A stretch of 64,000 nt of DNA from a virus. The notes beneath the pieces are model-generated. The model worked only from the letters and a program-made list of their open reading frames with translations. It searched no databases and was not told where the DNA came from. The stretch's first letter is position 1. Each line of letters opens with the position of its first letter. The stretch lies in IMG/VR virus record IMGVR_UViG_3300046170_000289, one strand, 5' to 3'. Below, piece after piece: positions 17,201 through 26,152 of the stretch. The translations under genes were made by a program, and so were the position numbers.

Positions 17201-18222
17201 TGATCGTCTGCATCACCATTTTGGATGTTGTGTGCTGGCTCTCCGAGTCCTGCACCGATATCCCTAATAGCCGCTTGGTAGACTCTACCGTTAGTAGCAA
17301 TAACCTTTGAAAATCTAGGATACGCAACAGCGTTATCGTAAGTGGTGAAAGATGTTCCAGACTTCGCGCCCTCCGTTGCTGTGGCGATTGGTGAAGTATT
17401 AGCATAAACCAGACGACCATATCTGTCAACTTGGAAGTTAACGGTGTTGACTGTCTGCTCACCAGTTGTAGCACTGATCAAAGGATTGACCAGAGGATCC
17501 ATTGAGTTGAGGGTATTATACTTACCCACCACAACTGTGGTATCTGCTAAGTCAATGAATGGATTATTAGTTTGAGCATTACCATTTTGTACAATGATAC
17601 GCCCACTACCACCAGTGATGGTGCGGTTTACTAGGGTGCCTTCTGCTTGACGAGAGATTAAACCAAAACCTGTCATGCTTGCCAGGGAGGTTAGATCACT
17701 GTCTAATGGTTGTGCGTCACCAATACCATACTCAGCAAGAGTGCCAGGTGTTTCAGCATCCACAATACGACCACGAGAGTCAACCGTGATACGGGTGTAG
17801 GTGCCAGTTGCTGCTAGATTATTCTCATCATAGTGAGGCAGTGCCACCACATAATTCAATTCGGCAGTAATGGTCAGGTTTGAGGATCCATCAAACGTGC
17901 CAGCACCAGACATGTCGCCACCCAGAGCGATCTGTCGTGCGTTTGCCAGTCGGGTTGCAGTAGCAGAGTTACCGACGAGAGATGCAGTAATTGCACCTGC
18001 CTCAAAGTTACCGTCAGCATCTCGTTTAACGAGAGTGTTAGCGGTATTAGATTCCGTCTCGATCGGTCTCTCATATTTGAGAGAGTTCCAGGCGGTGACA
18101 CCATCACCGATCTTGATACGCGAAGTATCAATTTCGATGCCTAACTCGCCTTGAGCGAGAATAGGGTTGACGTTTGCCCACTGCTGAGCACCGTCACGTC
18201 TTAATTGAATTCTATTTGCCAT
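11266..18222 (-). CDS. Long fibre/whisker-like structural protein (2,318 aa) at the wac position
   Basis: N-terminal RIQLRRD..W...NPILAQGELGIEIDTSRIKIGDGVTAWNSLKY (Mtd-N-like). Extensive Gly-spaced beta repeats and duplicated DRGIEFRYYD modules. Lies immediately upstream of gp13. Confidence 0.85.
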   Translation of the reverse strand: MANRIQLRRDGAQQWANVNPILAQGELGIEIDTSRIKIGDGVTAWNSLKYERPIETESNTANTLVKRDADGNFEAGAITASLVGNSATATRLANARQIALGGDMSGAGTFDGSSNLTITAELNYVVALPHYDENNLAATGTYTRITVDSRGRIVDAETPGTLAEYGIGDAQPLDSDLTSLASMTGFGLISRQAEGTLVNRTITGGSGRIIVQNGNAQTNNPFIDLADTTVVVGKYNTLNSMDPLVNPLISATTGEQTVNTVNFQVDRYGRLVYANTSPIATATEGAKSGTSFTTYDNAVAYPRFSKVIATNGRVYQAAIRDIGAGLGEPAHNIQNGDADDQGGWRDLGTDTVEQKGLASFDQEDFDVDANGHVTIAANAIENSQLQSLGRLMFTDQDATETFELDPERTTDNAYHGITKLNHINVNNRTGGSVFRIVGYDTGEYPFQPGILGQGNSYPAITADDANGNGSATSGSSLTGAVDINLDTTISGNITLDVTKADQFIKRTSGNLEIALEVNEATNRSMDINVTNAGAGDATFNLTADQDITILVTDVDHRVNIEDFHIQDNVISTTNAIMVLDPNDDDDLTGTVRIRGDLTVDGVTTTVNSTVVTIQDPIMTLGGEDTLTTDDNKDRGIEFRYYDSQERFGFYGWDEDYADSNIWSGTGGYRFLYNATNTSEVYAGTDAPIIAGNLRLTTNTSSTWKTPATGTLVVTGGTGISENLNVGGTTHLNGNVEIDGTVDIDANFAVRNNTTDKFTVESATGNTVIEGTLDIQLETEITDNLIITADNKEFIIRTAGSVNKFTVDSDNGNTDIQGTLHVVQGVDFDSTLNVDSNVTFNAELDVDDDVVFHNDFLMDVTGKYFTITNGSNQTFRILSTNGNTDIEGSLNVGGVNTFERTNNIVIGETDSDITLSTGGNATFAGGVNMDKDLRVGGDIYLADRLVVKDAGTARTRPSLLNNVDVLYRTYMGGGTAHNASFANDADAQLRVAGGVGIVQDLHVGDDFYVGKVATNDNVEFSILGESGYTTIGRVGQGNATDGAIVVHGYATFNEQFTINGPLTTIGDANTDVLTVNAVSTFTDNVTINGNFDIDGNAIIEGNLTVNGVTTTVNSTVVTLDDPVITLGGDTAPTQSDAKDRGIEFRYYDTTARVGFFGWDNSASRYALYHNATNSSEAFNGTRSGLDAGSIKLFDTTNATNASSGTLIVGGGVGIGLDLYVGDDLVVTDNGSFGGNVGITGTLDVTDDFAVSTTFTVDAQTGNTFANGTFNVNGNAQIGNQSGDSHTVNGTVQFNQALTAAERLNIRDLKVATDAANEISTSSGNLILDSAGGTVNITDNADVDGNLNVDGNTQIDGTLTVDGNATIGNQAGDNHIVTGTVTFNQAITSTDITADNIKIGVDGATEISTTAGNLILDSADGKVHITDNAEVDGNLQVDSNTTLGDASGDTLTVNATSTFNAPITSTDITADAVRIGVAASNEIDTTAGNLVLDSAGGSVDITDNATVSGTLVVSDQVTVNDTLLVDATNENFVIRSSLVDRFTVDTDNGNTYIAGTTQIEGLLTVNDNIDHNGNQDTSGTLTVGGRTELNGIVDVDADFAVRSGTTDKFTVASATGNFSTVGNGSITGTLAVTNTAAFAEKVTLNVNATANRLTANAALMVPNGGIAVYEDSYFGEDIFIGPDQNETITLFGATGNITADGTITSATVAATTANIATVNTTSNVNVGGSILVNTNKFIVQGSTGNVTVAGTLDVAGRTIIDDTLQVTQNVDFDSDLNVDGNQQLDGTLTVDSTSLFKDNVVLRGASKTIKLQNGGGTDKITLHSTSGNAEITGTSTLGTLAVTNNTTMGGTLGVTGQITGNVTGDLTGTSDKANLVDVTETATSNLTYFPTFVSATSGHTEVRTDSQNLTYNPSTNTLQVTNFKSITDFEIQGNLNVTGALTFFQSQVGSIANHDTDALTEGSTNLYYTNERVDDRVAALVAGGTGIDATYNDAGNLLTLSVDFGEYTTDQVVEGSSNSYFTQARARNAFTYGNGIEHDGSGTITVTQSDINTDNLTEGSTNLFVTNSRTRGALSASGDLGYNASTGVFSFTERTDAEVNGLADTRIGLQVGANLDLSNQSTSDLAEGTNLYYTNARADARVVAGITGKLDASEVSAFGLTLVDDADAAAARATLGLGSAAVTASTAYATSAQGALADSATQPGDLSTVATSGSYNDLGNLPTLFSGAYADLTGKPSLFSGAYADLTGKPTLFSGAYGDLSGAPTLGTAAAAATGDFATAAQGATADSALQAETITLTTLKSVAAGAADFAAFKAAIAAL
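11440..11592 (-). repeat. 39-nt (13-aa) tandem repeat, (L)FSGAYADLTGKP x ~4, at the fibre C-terminus
   Basis: Protein shows TSGSYNDLGNLP / LFSGAYADLTGKP / LFSGAYADLTGKP / LFSGAYGDLSGAP. The copies are synonymously diverged at DNA level. Confidence 0.85.
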
Positions 18223-18263
18223 TGCTTAAAAGGATCCTAGCACAACAGTTAGTCTGTCTGACT

Positions 18264-18271
18264 TATTTATG
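18264..18271 (-). promoter_or_regulatory. T4-type late promoter (CATAAATA)
   Basis: Intergenic, directly after a terminator and 42 nt upstream of the fibre start. Confidence 0.75.
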
Positions 18272-18276
18272 TCACG

Positions 18277-18297
18277 AAAAACCCCCCTTTCGGGGGG
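18277..18297 (-). terminator. Rho-independent terminator
   Basis: Minus strand CCCCCC-GAAA-GGGGGG-TTTTT: 6-bp stem, GNRA loop, U-tract. Confidence 0.88.
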
Positions 18298-18304
18298 CAG
18301 GGGG

Positions 18305-18550
18305 TCAAGTCTTTTCCAGATCGTCGGGATCAATAGTCCCATCTGGACGTGGCTCAATTTCTTCTTCTTGTGAAGGTGGGTTGAGATACTCCAATGTCTC
18401 AATAGCACCTAGAAGTTTGAGAGCAGTAGCTTCATTGCTCTTAATCTTTTCTGCCATCTCGCGGTTGTCCTTCAAAAGACCCTGGTAGCGAGTTTTGAAT
18501 TGGTCAAGCAATTCCTCTTGTGAGGCAGTTTCAGTCACATCAGCTGGCAT
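18305..18550 (-). CDS. Small coiled-coil protein (81 aa), possible fibre-assembly chaperone
   Basis: AAGGAG RBS before MPADV. Heptad pattern, positioned between the DUF4815 gene and the fibre. Confidence 0.7.
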   Translation of the reverse strand: MPADVTETASQEELLDQFKTRYQGLLKDNREMAEKIKSNEATALKLLGAIETLEYLNPPSQEEEIEPRPDGTIDPDDLEKT

Positions 18551-18818
18551 TGTTGTCTCCTTGTAGTAATGATTTAAGTAGGTTTTTGATTTCACCGATA
18601 TCTGATTTTAACCCAGATACCTCGTCTTGTAAAGTGTTTAACTTCTCCTCTTTCTTGGATCGACGGTTAAATGCCGCCATATAGTTATCATACTCTGACA
18701 CATTACAATTTACAATTGCATTTGAATCAGGGTCACGATACCAACCTTCCCTGCCCTCGACAGGGATTAGGTCTTCTTTGAAAGGTCTGATGTAATCAGC
18801 TTCGCTTGACATATCCAA
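18540..18818 (-). CDS. Conserved small T4-like protein with C-terminal coiled coil (92 aa)
   Basis: VEGREGWYRDPDSNAIVN and LQDEVSGLKSDIGEIKNLL. Confidence 0.75.
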   Translation of the reverse strand: MDMSSEADYIRPFKEDLIPVEGREGWYRDPDSNAIVNCNVSEYDNYMAAFNRRSKKEEKLNTLQDEVSGLKSDIGEIKNLLKSLLQGDNNAS

Positions 18819-18841
18819 GAATAATTATTATAATAACCGTG

Positions 18842-21800
18842 TTAGGTTGCAAGAGCAATGGATCTGAGATCAGCTAAGAGGGGTACTCGTGCCTGATTCT
18901 TAGATCTCATAACAATCTTCACTTGGAAGGCGTTAAAGTTAAGTCCCCTTGCTTCATATGTATAATCCTTCCAGAGGTATTCTTCTGTAGGGGTTGTATC
19001 ATATGCTTCACCCAAGTTTTGATTAGAAGTGGGAAGACCCATTTGTGTCCAACCAATAGTATTAGGATCAGTAGCATCACCAACCTTGAATGCCTTGTAG
19101 TAGATACGAAGCTCGGTAGCAGGGTGACGGGTGACTTGGAAGTCAATCTTCAGTGAGCGTGCTTCTCTACCCAGACGTGCGAGACGTGTGATATAGACAG
19201 CATCGTTTTGATCACCGATTGCCAGAGTAGAAACATCTTGATCTCTATCGATCTGTGACTGTTGACCATAAGTTGATTGTCCACCTGGCCACATATTCAC
19301 GCGGTTAGATGTTGTAATCAGTGACACACGGTCAAGGTCAATACAGGGAGAGAGGGATGTTTTGTCAGTCTCAAGCATGATTGACATAGTAAGAGACTTG
19401 TTACCATCCAGTTTGTTTTGCTCGTTGATCTTAGATGCAACCATCTGAGGAGCAGTAAACTGGTTTTGCTCATTCAACACAATATCCACATAGGTGCCAT
19501 TGTTGATGAAAGAGTTTTGATCCACTGTAGTAGATCCATCTCCGACAGATGTAGCAGTGGTAGTATTCAGTCTTGCTGACAGATTTGTGTCTGCCATAAC
19601 CATCGTGGACACCGTAGGTGTAATGACTTCAAACTGGACATTCTGGGAAGCGTAAACGCTAGTGCCACCACCACGAATACCGTTAGTTGCAACATGATCA
19701 ATGTGCAGCATGTAGGTATCCAACCATGGGCAAGAGATGTTGGTGTGGACCTTATTGATTTCCGTCAGAGGAATACCATCAAGGTTGTAACATTCAACAA
19801 CTGCACCAGAGGCGTGCTCAACATCAACAGTGCCATTATTACCTCTACCAGAGGTGGCAACTGTGATCACTTGACCGTTAGCAGAGATAGAGGAGTATTG
19901 AATGATCTCATCTTCAATCTTCAGATAACCTTGATTGAGGTTACCAATTGGAGATCCACCAATGATGGTGTGGAATTGAGATCCGTCATTCACCTGAATT
20001 GAAGTTGCACCAGCAGTCAGAGTGGTTGTCAATGTGGTAGGAGGCACTTCGGAGATAATGCCCTCAACCTCAACGTTGTTACTACGTTGGTGCATACCGT
20101 GGTTTCTGTGATAAACCAGCACTTCCTTATCATCGTTAGGATAAGAAGGAGCAGCAGTTGGGAATGCATCGTAGGAGTCACCGCTGTAGTTGACGCTAGT
20201 GATTGTTGCAGATGTGCCGCCTGGCTCAGACAGAGTATCCGAAACATCGAATGCCCTAGTAATGTAGTTAAGTGTCAGAGTCTGAGTGCCAGAATCATAT
20301 GCAGTAACAACACCTGTAGCAGCAGATGTAGATCCACTTACGACATCACCAATTTCAAACGTGCCGTTGAAGATTGCAGACAGGACAATCGTGGCGACAG
20401 ATTGGGAAGAGGAGATACCTTGGAATGTGTTGTTGTTTGCATCCAAGAAACCAGCAGACCAGATACCTTCGATATCTGAAATTGTAATGGTCTCAGGATC
20501 AGTAGTTGCATCGAATTCCGTAATCGTACCTTCTGCATTAGAAGGTGTTTGGATAATTCTTGCACCAACTGTAAATGTATAGTTGCTACCAACAGGGAGC
20601 GTAAGAGTTTGCTTGGGTTTCAGAGTCTGGATTGGATTTTCAATCAGTCTGTGAATACCGTTGTTACCCTTGCCGAGCTCAGCGTTGTTAAAGATCGCTG
20701 TGCCCAGATTCTGAGTAAACTCAGCACGATACATTGTAAACTTAAGATCTTCATACTGGTCAGCAGTCCAGGTAGAAGCGTTTTGTGATTTGAAGAGCAC
20801 ACCAGCATATGGTTGCTCAGAAATTGTCCTTGTGCCTGTGACATCAACGTCACCCATTCTGGAGATCCAAACGTTATATTCGTTGGAGTCAGACAGAAGC
20901 ACGAAGCAATATTCAATGTTTGACTTAATGTAGACAGGAGATCTAAATGTGAATCTAGTAGGAATACTTGCGTTTTCCGACAACTCAACAGTAGATGGAT
21001 CAATAGTAGTATCCGAGAAAGGAATAATATCCTTAGTAGGATAACCATTCTCCATAGTCCTGATCTGAATTGAGATAGGAATGTTAGCGTCCTTAGTCCT
21101 GAAGAAGATGTCAACACCTGTCAGGAATACGCCGCCTTCCTCATCAACAATAAAGGATTGTGCAAGAGGGTCATACCAACCAATCTGACGTTGCTCAGTC
21201 CTGGTAGTAATAACAGTCCTTTCGTCGTTAACTGTATCGCGGACGATCTCAGCATTACGGACGGCAAGAATGTTTTCTCTAACAGTCTGCAAGGTGCCAG
21301 TTGCAGAGTATGATGCGTCTGCAGAGGAATCCACATTTCCAGGAGTCCTATCATTAGTATCCGAAGTTGTGACTCTAACTGTCCTTGTGCCAGTTGCCCA
21401 ACGTGGGTTGGAATCATTCTTAGGAGAAGGAATGAAGAAAGTACCTTGTAGGTTACCAACGTTATCAGCAAGGAGACGACGATCTCTCACAACAGCACGA
21501 GCGCCAGAGGTCAGTCCAAGAAGGACTTCACCCACATTGACGTTACCGTAGAAGTTGGGGTTGACAGTCTCTGCCATTGCAGTGATATCAATATTCAGGA
21601 AGTTGGTTTGTGATGCATAAGACTCAGCAAGTCCAGCAGCACCAACACCATAAGGGTCAGTCTTATATCCATCATTAGCAGCAGCAACCTTCAGTCTTGC
21701 TCCAGAAGTCTGACCAACCACAGTCTCACCAACCACGAATGGAGTTTCGTTAGAGTTAGGATCAGCAGTAGAAGACTTAGTAAGCTCAATGACCTTAGGA

Positions 21801-24800
21801 GTCACATAACCACTGACATTAACGCCATCGAAGAAGTAATACATTCTTGTGCGAGGCTTGAGTCGATCGATGTTGAAACCGATGTTTCTGGATCTAATCC
21901 AGGGGATTGCTGTTTGTGACAGCATGGTATCACCAAGAGACTTTCTGTCAATCTTGGGCGTAACGCGGGTTCTCACACCTTGACGTGCCTGGTTGTTAAC
22001 AACACGATAGGTGCGTCTCTCATGCAAGAAGAGTGGTTGACGACCCTGACCGTGACCCAATCTACCAAGTCTACGACCACCAGAAGAGAAACTACCAGAT
22101 CTGTTAGAGAATCTAGAAGTAGACTGGACGGATTCACCAGTCCAGTTAGTCTGCCAACCACCCCATTGGATAGGAGCAAAACCATTCTGGTCAATCTGAA
22201 GGTCTCTAGCAACAGCAGAGAAGTCACCTTCAACGTTTTCAACACGAGCAGGAAGACGCTCGATATCAATCCAGTCGTCAGATGCAGGTGTCAGGTCAAT
22301 ACGACCAATGAAAGTAAACACGTTGAATGGGTTAACATTCTCAGTCCTAGATGCATATGGTTGGGTAATGATTGCCAGATCATCGTAAGGCAGCATCACC
22401 ATGTTACCAGCAGTCTTAACGACGTTGCTGGATGCACCCATGTTAATTTGCAGGGGCACGTTAGTGGTGTAGTGCGAAGGACGGAGGTGACCCTCTTTGA
22501 AGTCCATGGAGCACTTATAGTCAATGTTGAGCACGTCACCAACAGTATGATCGGTGAAGTCATCCACAACATAACCATTCTTCAGACGGTCGAAACCGTT
22601 ATCATCGTATGTCTTAGTGTTGTCTGCTTGTACTTCCAGCAGAGATAGTGAGGTATAATACTCAACGTGAGAGAGTCTGGTCTCCAGATCTCCGATATCC
22701 TTCATGGTATAACGCTTGATGATCTCAGGATAGATCAGGACATCACGCTCAACGTCATACACATATGGACGCATCTCAATCGTTGCGAGAAGCATCGCAT
22801 TGTCAATCTTATCAGGATGAGGAAGATCCTCAGAGGACACACCCTTAACAATCTTCAGTTTGTTATCGTGTGTCAAATACAACTTGTCTGCTCTAGGAAG
22901 ATAGAAGCAGTAGTCACATCTAAATTCTGTGTTAACCTTAGGAATGTCAAAGATGGTAGATCCACCAACACCACCAGAGGTATCAAACTGTCTAGATCCG
23001 AAGTCAAGCGATGCACAATTCACAAAGAAAGGTGAAGTGATCGTGCCTGATCCAGATGCCAATTCACCGATACCAGGACGGAAGTCAATCTGGTCACGGA
23101 TATAGTTAATCGATCCATCCAGTTTATACTTAGGAATCTCTTTGTAGAGAATACCAGTGTAAGACTGGGAGGAGAAGTAGTCACCTGAGGATTCATGCAA
23201 GAAGTAGTCAAAGACTACGAGCATCTTACGGATTGGAGGAGAGAATCCAGGGAGACGAGTTAGTTTACAAACGTCATAGAAGTGTGCTTTCTGACCTGAC
23301 TCCAACTCAAACTGAGTTGTAATAACTTTAGATCCCTTAGAAACAGATCCTTCAGAGTCATCAATAATTGCCTGCAGAGGATTGCTATCATCATCGACAC
23401 CATCGATGGTCTCACCAGGGATGAATGGAATCTCGTTAAGAGCAACGAAGTACAGTCTCAGAGTGCTGTTGACAAACTGGATAACTCGACCACGAGCACC
23501 AGAGGTCTTACCAACAACAACTGTGCCGTTGTCAAAGAAGGTAGATTCTGACAACACCATATAAGGTGATTCAGCATCGTTATCATTCTCGGACTCATAT
23601 ACAGCATGAATCTTATAGACATCATTCAATGCGAATGAAATCTCTTCATCTTCAATACGGGTGCCATACAGGTTACCATATGCCAAACCATACTTAGTCT
23701 GGTCATTGTTAACTCTTGTGCGAGTCACCTTCATTGCACGCATCTTAGCGGCAGTCTTAATCTTTCTGGTGACGATATTCTTAGAGATAAGAGCAGTCAA
23801 CTTAACAGTGTTGACGTTAGTCAAACCAGAGATGGTAATAGACTGTGCGTCAGCACCGAAGGTAACAGTCAGAGATCCAAGGTCATTGAGGTTATCAATG
23901 TCAAGGTTGTCACCAACACTGTATGAAGATCCAGACTCAGCAACAATCGTCAACACATAGTTTTCATCATCGAGTGATGCAAACTGCTCTGATTCAGGCA
24001 GAGACACAGTAACACCACCAGACACAACGGTCTTGTTAGCGAATGTCCTGTATACAAAGAATGATTCGTCAGAGATTGACTTCATCGATGTGCGAGGTGT
24101 GTCAATTGACAACTCACCATTCTGATAGTCTTTCTGGAAGATGAAAGGACGCATCCTTACCATCTCAGCATACTCACCGTCAGCGTTGCCACTACCCTTC
24201 TTGAGGGAAGCGTCCATAACAGCAGTTTGGTTGAGGTAATCGAAGATTGCTGCTCCACCAGTAGCAATGTTACCAGTGTTAGTAGCGATCAGGGTAGGAT
24301 CAACTCTCTTAATTCTAAGAGTGTTATTACCATTCAGACCAGATGCAGTTGTAGTAACAACATCACCAGGACGGAGATCCTGTGCAAACTTGGTCCTAAA
24401 ACCAGTAGCAAGAGCACCAGTGTTACTAACAGTAACAGTGGAAGACTCAATAGAAGCGTTGTCGTTAAGCAACCAGTTTGATGCAAACGTTACAACGTTG
24501 CTATCATTTCTACCAAGACAACGGCGGACATCAGACAAGTTATAGGTATGTGCTGCTTCCAGAGTGCCGATCACACGACCATCTCTTTCAATAACTTCAT
24601 TATTCAGGAAGACACCAGAGACTTGCTCCAGTTTACAGTGGGTGCCGCTACCATTGTCAGCAACGAAACCACGAGCACCAGAGGTGCGACCTCTGAGCAC
24701 ATCACCAATAGAAACAGAGTTGTTACCAGCTGCAAAGTTAATAGCAGTATACATCTGTGGGTCAAAGAACCACATGTCATACTGGTTTGCCTGATCGATC

Positions 24801-26149
24801 TGAATCTGAATGATACGAGCACGACCGATTTGGTTACCGATAACTGAGTTGGATACACCAGTGCTCCAGTCATCATACAATTCGATAACTTGGTATGCAT
24901 CAGACACACCTTCACCAGTCAGGTTAGGCCAACCATACTGATCGTAAACCTTAACAAAGTTACCTAGTCTAAAGTGGATGATTCCATTTTCTACACAGGA
25001 GAAATCTCTAGGTTTGGCAGAGTCAATATACTGAGGTGTAAGGAATTCAGTCCTGTAACCTTTAACGTATGCTCTACCAGGAGAGATCTCATAGGTTAGG
25101 AGATCATCTGTAGGAGTATTGTTTTGCTGAGTCGTCTGAGCAGGAGTGTAGACCCCGTTGTTAAAACCATCATCAAGGCATTCTCTTGCCTTAATACTGA
25201 AAGTGTCGATAACATAGTCGCCAGACTCTTCATATGTCCGACGTGCAAGAGACTTCTCGAGCTCTGAATATGCAGTGTGATCAACAAACTGCTCAACCTT
25301 ACTATTATTGATTCGTAGTAATTCAACGAAGTTTTTGTCAGTTGAATCATTGATTGCCTTCTTGACAAGAGTGGTCTTAATCTTAAATCTGTGACCGCCA
25401 GGTGCTGAGTAGTTTGAAGTACCTGCAGCGTTGTCATTCAGTGACGGATCGTCTTCTGGGGTAACAATAGATTCACTAACTTCCAGACCAACCCTGTAAG
25501 AAGGGTTATTGCTATATTGCTCAAGGATCAGGTTTGCTGATTGGACATCAACAAAGTGACCTCTAATAAAGTACACACCATTGTTAATGTATGCAGCAGA
25601 TGCAACCGCAGTAGAGTCAACGGGAAGCAACTGTCCGAATGGTGATCCAACTTCAATCAGTGTCGTGCCAAACGTAATCTCGTTTTCGGCAAGCAACTGC
25701 TCGTTAGATTGGAATCCTTTAATGCTGGTGTCAGAAACTGTATCGCCAGACTCAATATACTTAACGTATAGAGTGACGTAACCACGCTCAGATTCTGCAG
25801 CAGAGATGGAATACAAGACCTTTGCTTTAACGCCAGTCGTGATACCCTCAATAATCTGACCGTGCAGTTGAGTCCTGTAGGTTTCAACATCGACACCCAG
25901 GAAGGATTGTTGCAGGATGATTGCCTGCACATTCAGGTCATACCCGACCTGACCAGGGATAACCATCGCACCTTCTTTGAAGAAGTGTTGACCGATGGAT
26001 TCAATCTGATTCTGAAGAATCGATTGTAGAGTCGTTAATTCACGAGCTTGGATAGGATACCCAGGTCGAAACAACACTCGGTAGAAATTCTTATCCTTAT
26101 CGAAGTCGTCGAAATAAGGAGCAATATTTAGATTGGTATTCTGGGGCAT
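18842..26149 (-). CDS. Large virion structural protein, DUF4815/VrlC-like (2,435 aa)
   Basis: N-terminus NTNLNIAPYFDDFDKDKNFYRVLFRPGYPIQARELTTLQSILQNQIE, plus DPLAQSF and C-terminal RVPLLADLRSIALAT. Adjacent to gp8. Confidence 0.88.
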   Translation of the reverse strand: MPQNTNLNIAPYFDDFDKDKNFYRVLFRPGYPIQARELTTLQSILQNQIESIGQHFFKEGAMVIPGQVGYDLNVQAIILQQSFLGVDVETYRTQLHGQIIEGITTGVKAKVLYSISAAESERGYVTLYVKYIESGDTVSDTSIKGFQSNEQLLAENEITFGTTLIEVGSPFGQLLPVDSTAVASAAYINNGVYFIRGHFVDVQSANLILEQYSNNPSYRVGLEVSESIVTPEDDPSLNDNAAGTSNYSAPGGHRFKIKTTLVKKAINDSTDKNFVELLRINNSKVEQFVDHTAYSELEKSLARRTYEESGDYVIDTFSIKARECLDDGFNNGVYTPAQTTQQNNTPTDDLLTYEISPGRAYVKGYRTEFLTPQYIDSAKPRDFSCVENGIIHFRLGNFVKVYDQYGWPNLTGEGVSDAYQVIELYDDWSTGVSNSVIGNQIGRARIIQIQIDQANQYDMWFFDPQMYTAINFAAGNNSVSIGDVLRGRTSGARGFVADNGSGTHCKLEQVSGVFLNNEVIERDGRVIGTLEAAHTYNLSDVRRCLGRNDSNVVTFASNWLLNDNASIESSTVTVSNTGALATGFRTKFAQDLRPGDVVTTTASGLNGNNTLRIKRVDPTLIATNTGNIATGGAAIFDYLNQTAVMDASLKKGSGNADGEYAEMVRMRPFIFQKDYQNGELSIDTPRTSMKSISDESFFVYRTFANKTVVSGGVTVSLPESEQFASLDDENYVLTIVAESGSSYSVGDNLDIDNLNDLGSLTVTFGADAQSITISGLTNVNTVKLTALISKNIVTRKIKTAAKMRAMKVTRTRVNNDQTKYGLAYGNLYGTRIEDEEISFALNDVYKIHAVYESENDNDAESPYMVLSESTFFDNGTVVVGKTSGARGRVIQFVNSTLRLYFVALNEIPFIPGETIDGVDDDSNPLQAIIDDSEGSVSKGSKVITTQFELESGQKAHFYDVCKLTRLPGFSPPIRKMLVVFDYFLHESSGDYFSSQSYTGILYKEIPKYKLDGSINYIRDQIDFRPGIGELASGSGTITSPFFVNCASLDFGSRQFDTSGGVGGSTIFDIPKVNTEFRCDYCFYLPRADKLYLTHDNKLKIVKGVSSEDLPHPDKIDNAMLLATIEMRPYVYDVERDVLIYPEIIKRYTMKDIGDLETRLSHVEYYTSLSLLEVQADNTKTYDDNGFDRLKNGYVVDDFTDHTVGDVLNIDYKCSMDFKEGHLRPSHYTTNVPLQINMGASSNVVKTAGNMVMLPYDDLAIITQPYASRTENVNPFNVFTFIGRIDLTPASDDWIDIERLPARVENVEGDFSAVARDLQIDQNGFAPIQWGGWQTNWTGESVQSTSRFSNRSGSFSSGGRRLGRLGHGQGRQPLFLHERRTYRVVNNQARQGVRTRVTPKIDRKSLGDTMLSQTAIPWIRSRNIGFNIDRLKPRTRMYYFFDGVNVSGYVTPKVIELTKSSTADPNSNETPFVVGETVVGQTSGARLKVAAANDGYKTDPYGVGAAGLAESYASQTNFLNIDITAMAETVNPNFYGNVNVGEVLLGLTSGARAVVRDRRLLADNVGNLQGTFFIPSPKNDSNPRWATGTRTVRVTTSDTNDRTPGNVDSSADASYSATGTLQTVRENILAVRNAEIVRDTVNDERTVITTRTEQRQIGWYDPLAQSFIVDEEGGVFLTGVDIFFRTKDANIPISIQIRTMENGYPTKDIIPFSDTTIDPSTVELSENASIPTRFTFRSPVYIKSNIEYCFVLLSDSNEYNVWISRMGDVDVTGTRTISEQPYAGVLFKSQNASTWTADQYEDLKFTMYRAEFTQNLGTAIFNNAELGKGNNGIHRLIENPIQTLKPKQTLTLPVGSNYTFTVGARIIQTPSNAEGTITEFDATTDPETITISDIEGIWSAGFLDANNNTFQGISSSQSVATIVLSAIFNGTFEIGDVVSGSTSAATGVVTAYDSGTQTLTLNYITRAFDVSDTLSEPGGTSATITSVNYSGDSYDAFPTAAPSYPNDDKEVLVYHRNHGMHQRSNNVEVEGIISEVPPTTLTTTLTAGATSIQVNDGSQFHTIIGGSPIGNLNQGYLKIEDEIIQYSSISANGQVITVATSGRGNNGTVDVEHASGAVVECYNLDGIPLTEINKVHTNISCPWLDTYMLHIDHVATNGIRGGGTSVYASQNVQFEVITPTVSTMVMADTNLSARLNTTTATSVGDGSTTVDQNSFINNGTYVDIVLNEQNQFTAPQMVASKINEQNKLDGNKSLTMSIMLETDKTSLSPCIDLDRVSLITTSNRVNMWPGGQSTYGQQSQIDRDQDVSTLAIGDQNDAVYITRLARLGREARSLKIDFQVTRHPATELRIYYKAFKVGDATDPNTIGWTQMGLPTSNQNLGEAYDTTPTEEYLWKDYTYEARGLNFNAFQVKIVMRSKNQARVPLLADLRSIALAT

Positions 26150-26152
26150 CGT

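Noticed and set aside
11266-18222. Diversity-generating retroelement suggested by the Mtd-N-like fibre N-terminus
   Set aside because: No reverse transcriptase, and no template/variable repeat pair differing at adenines, was seen in the window.
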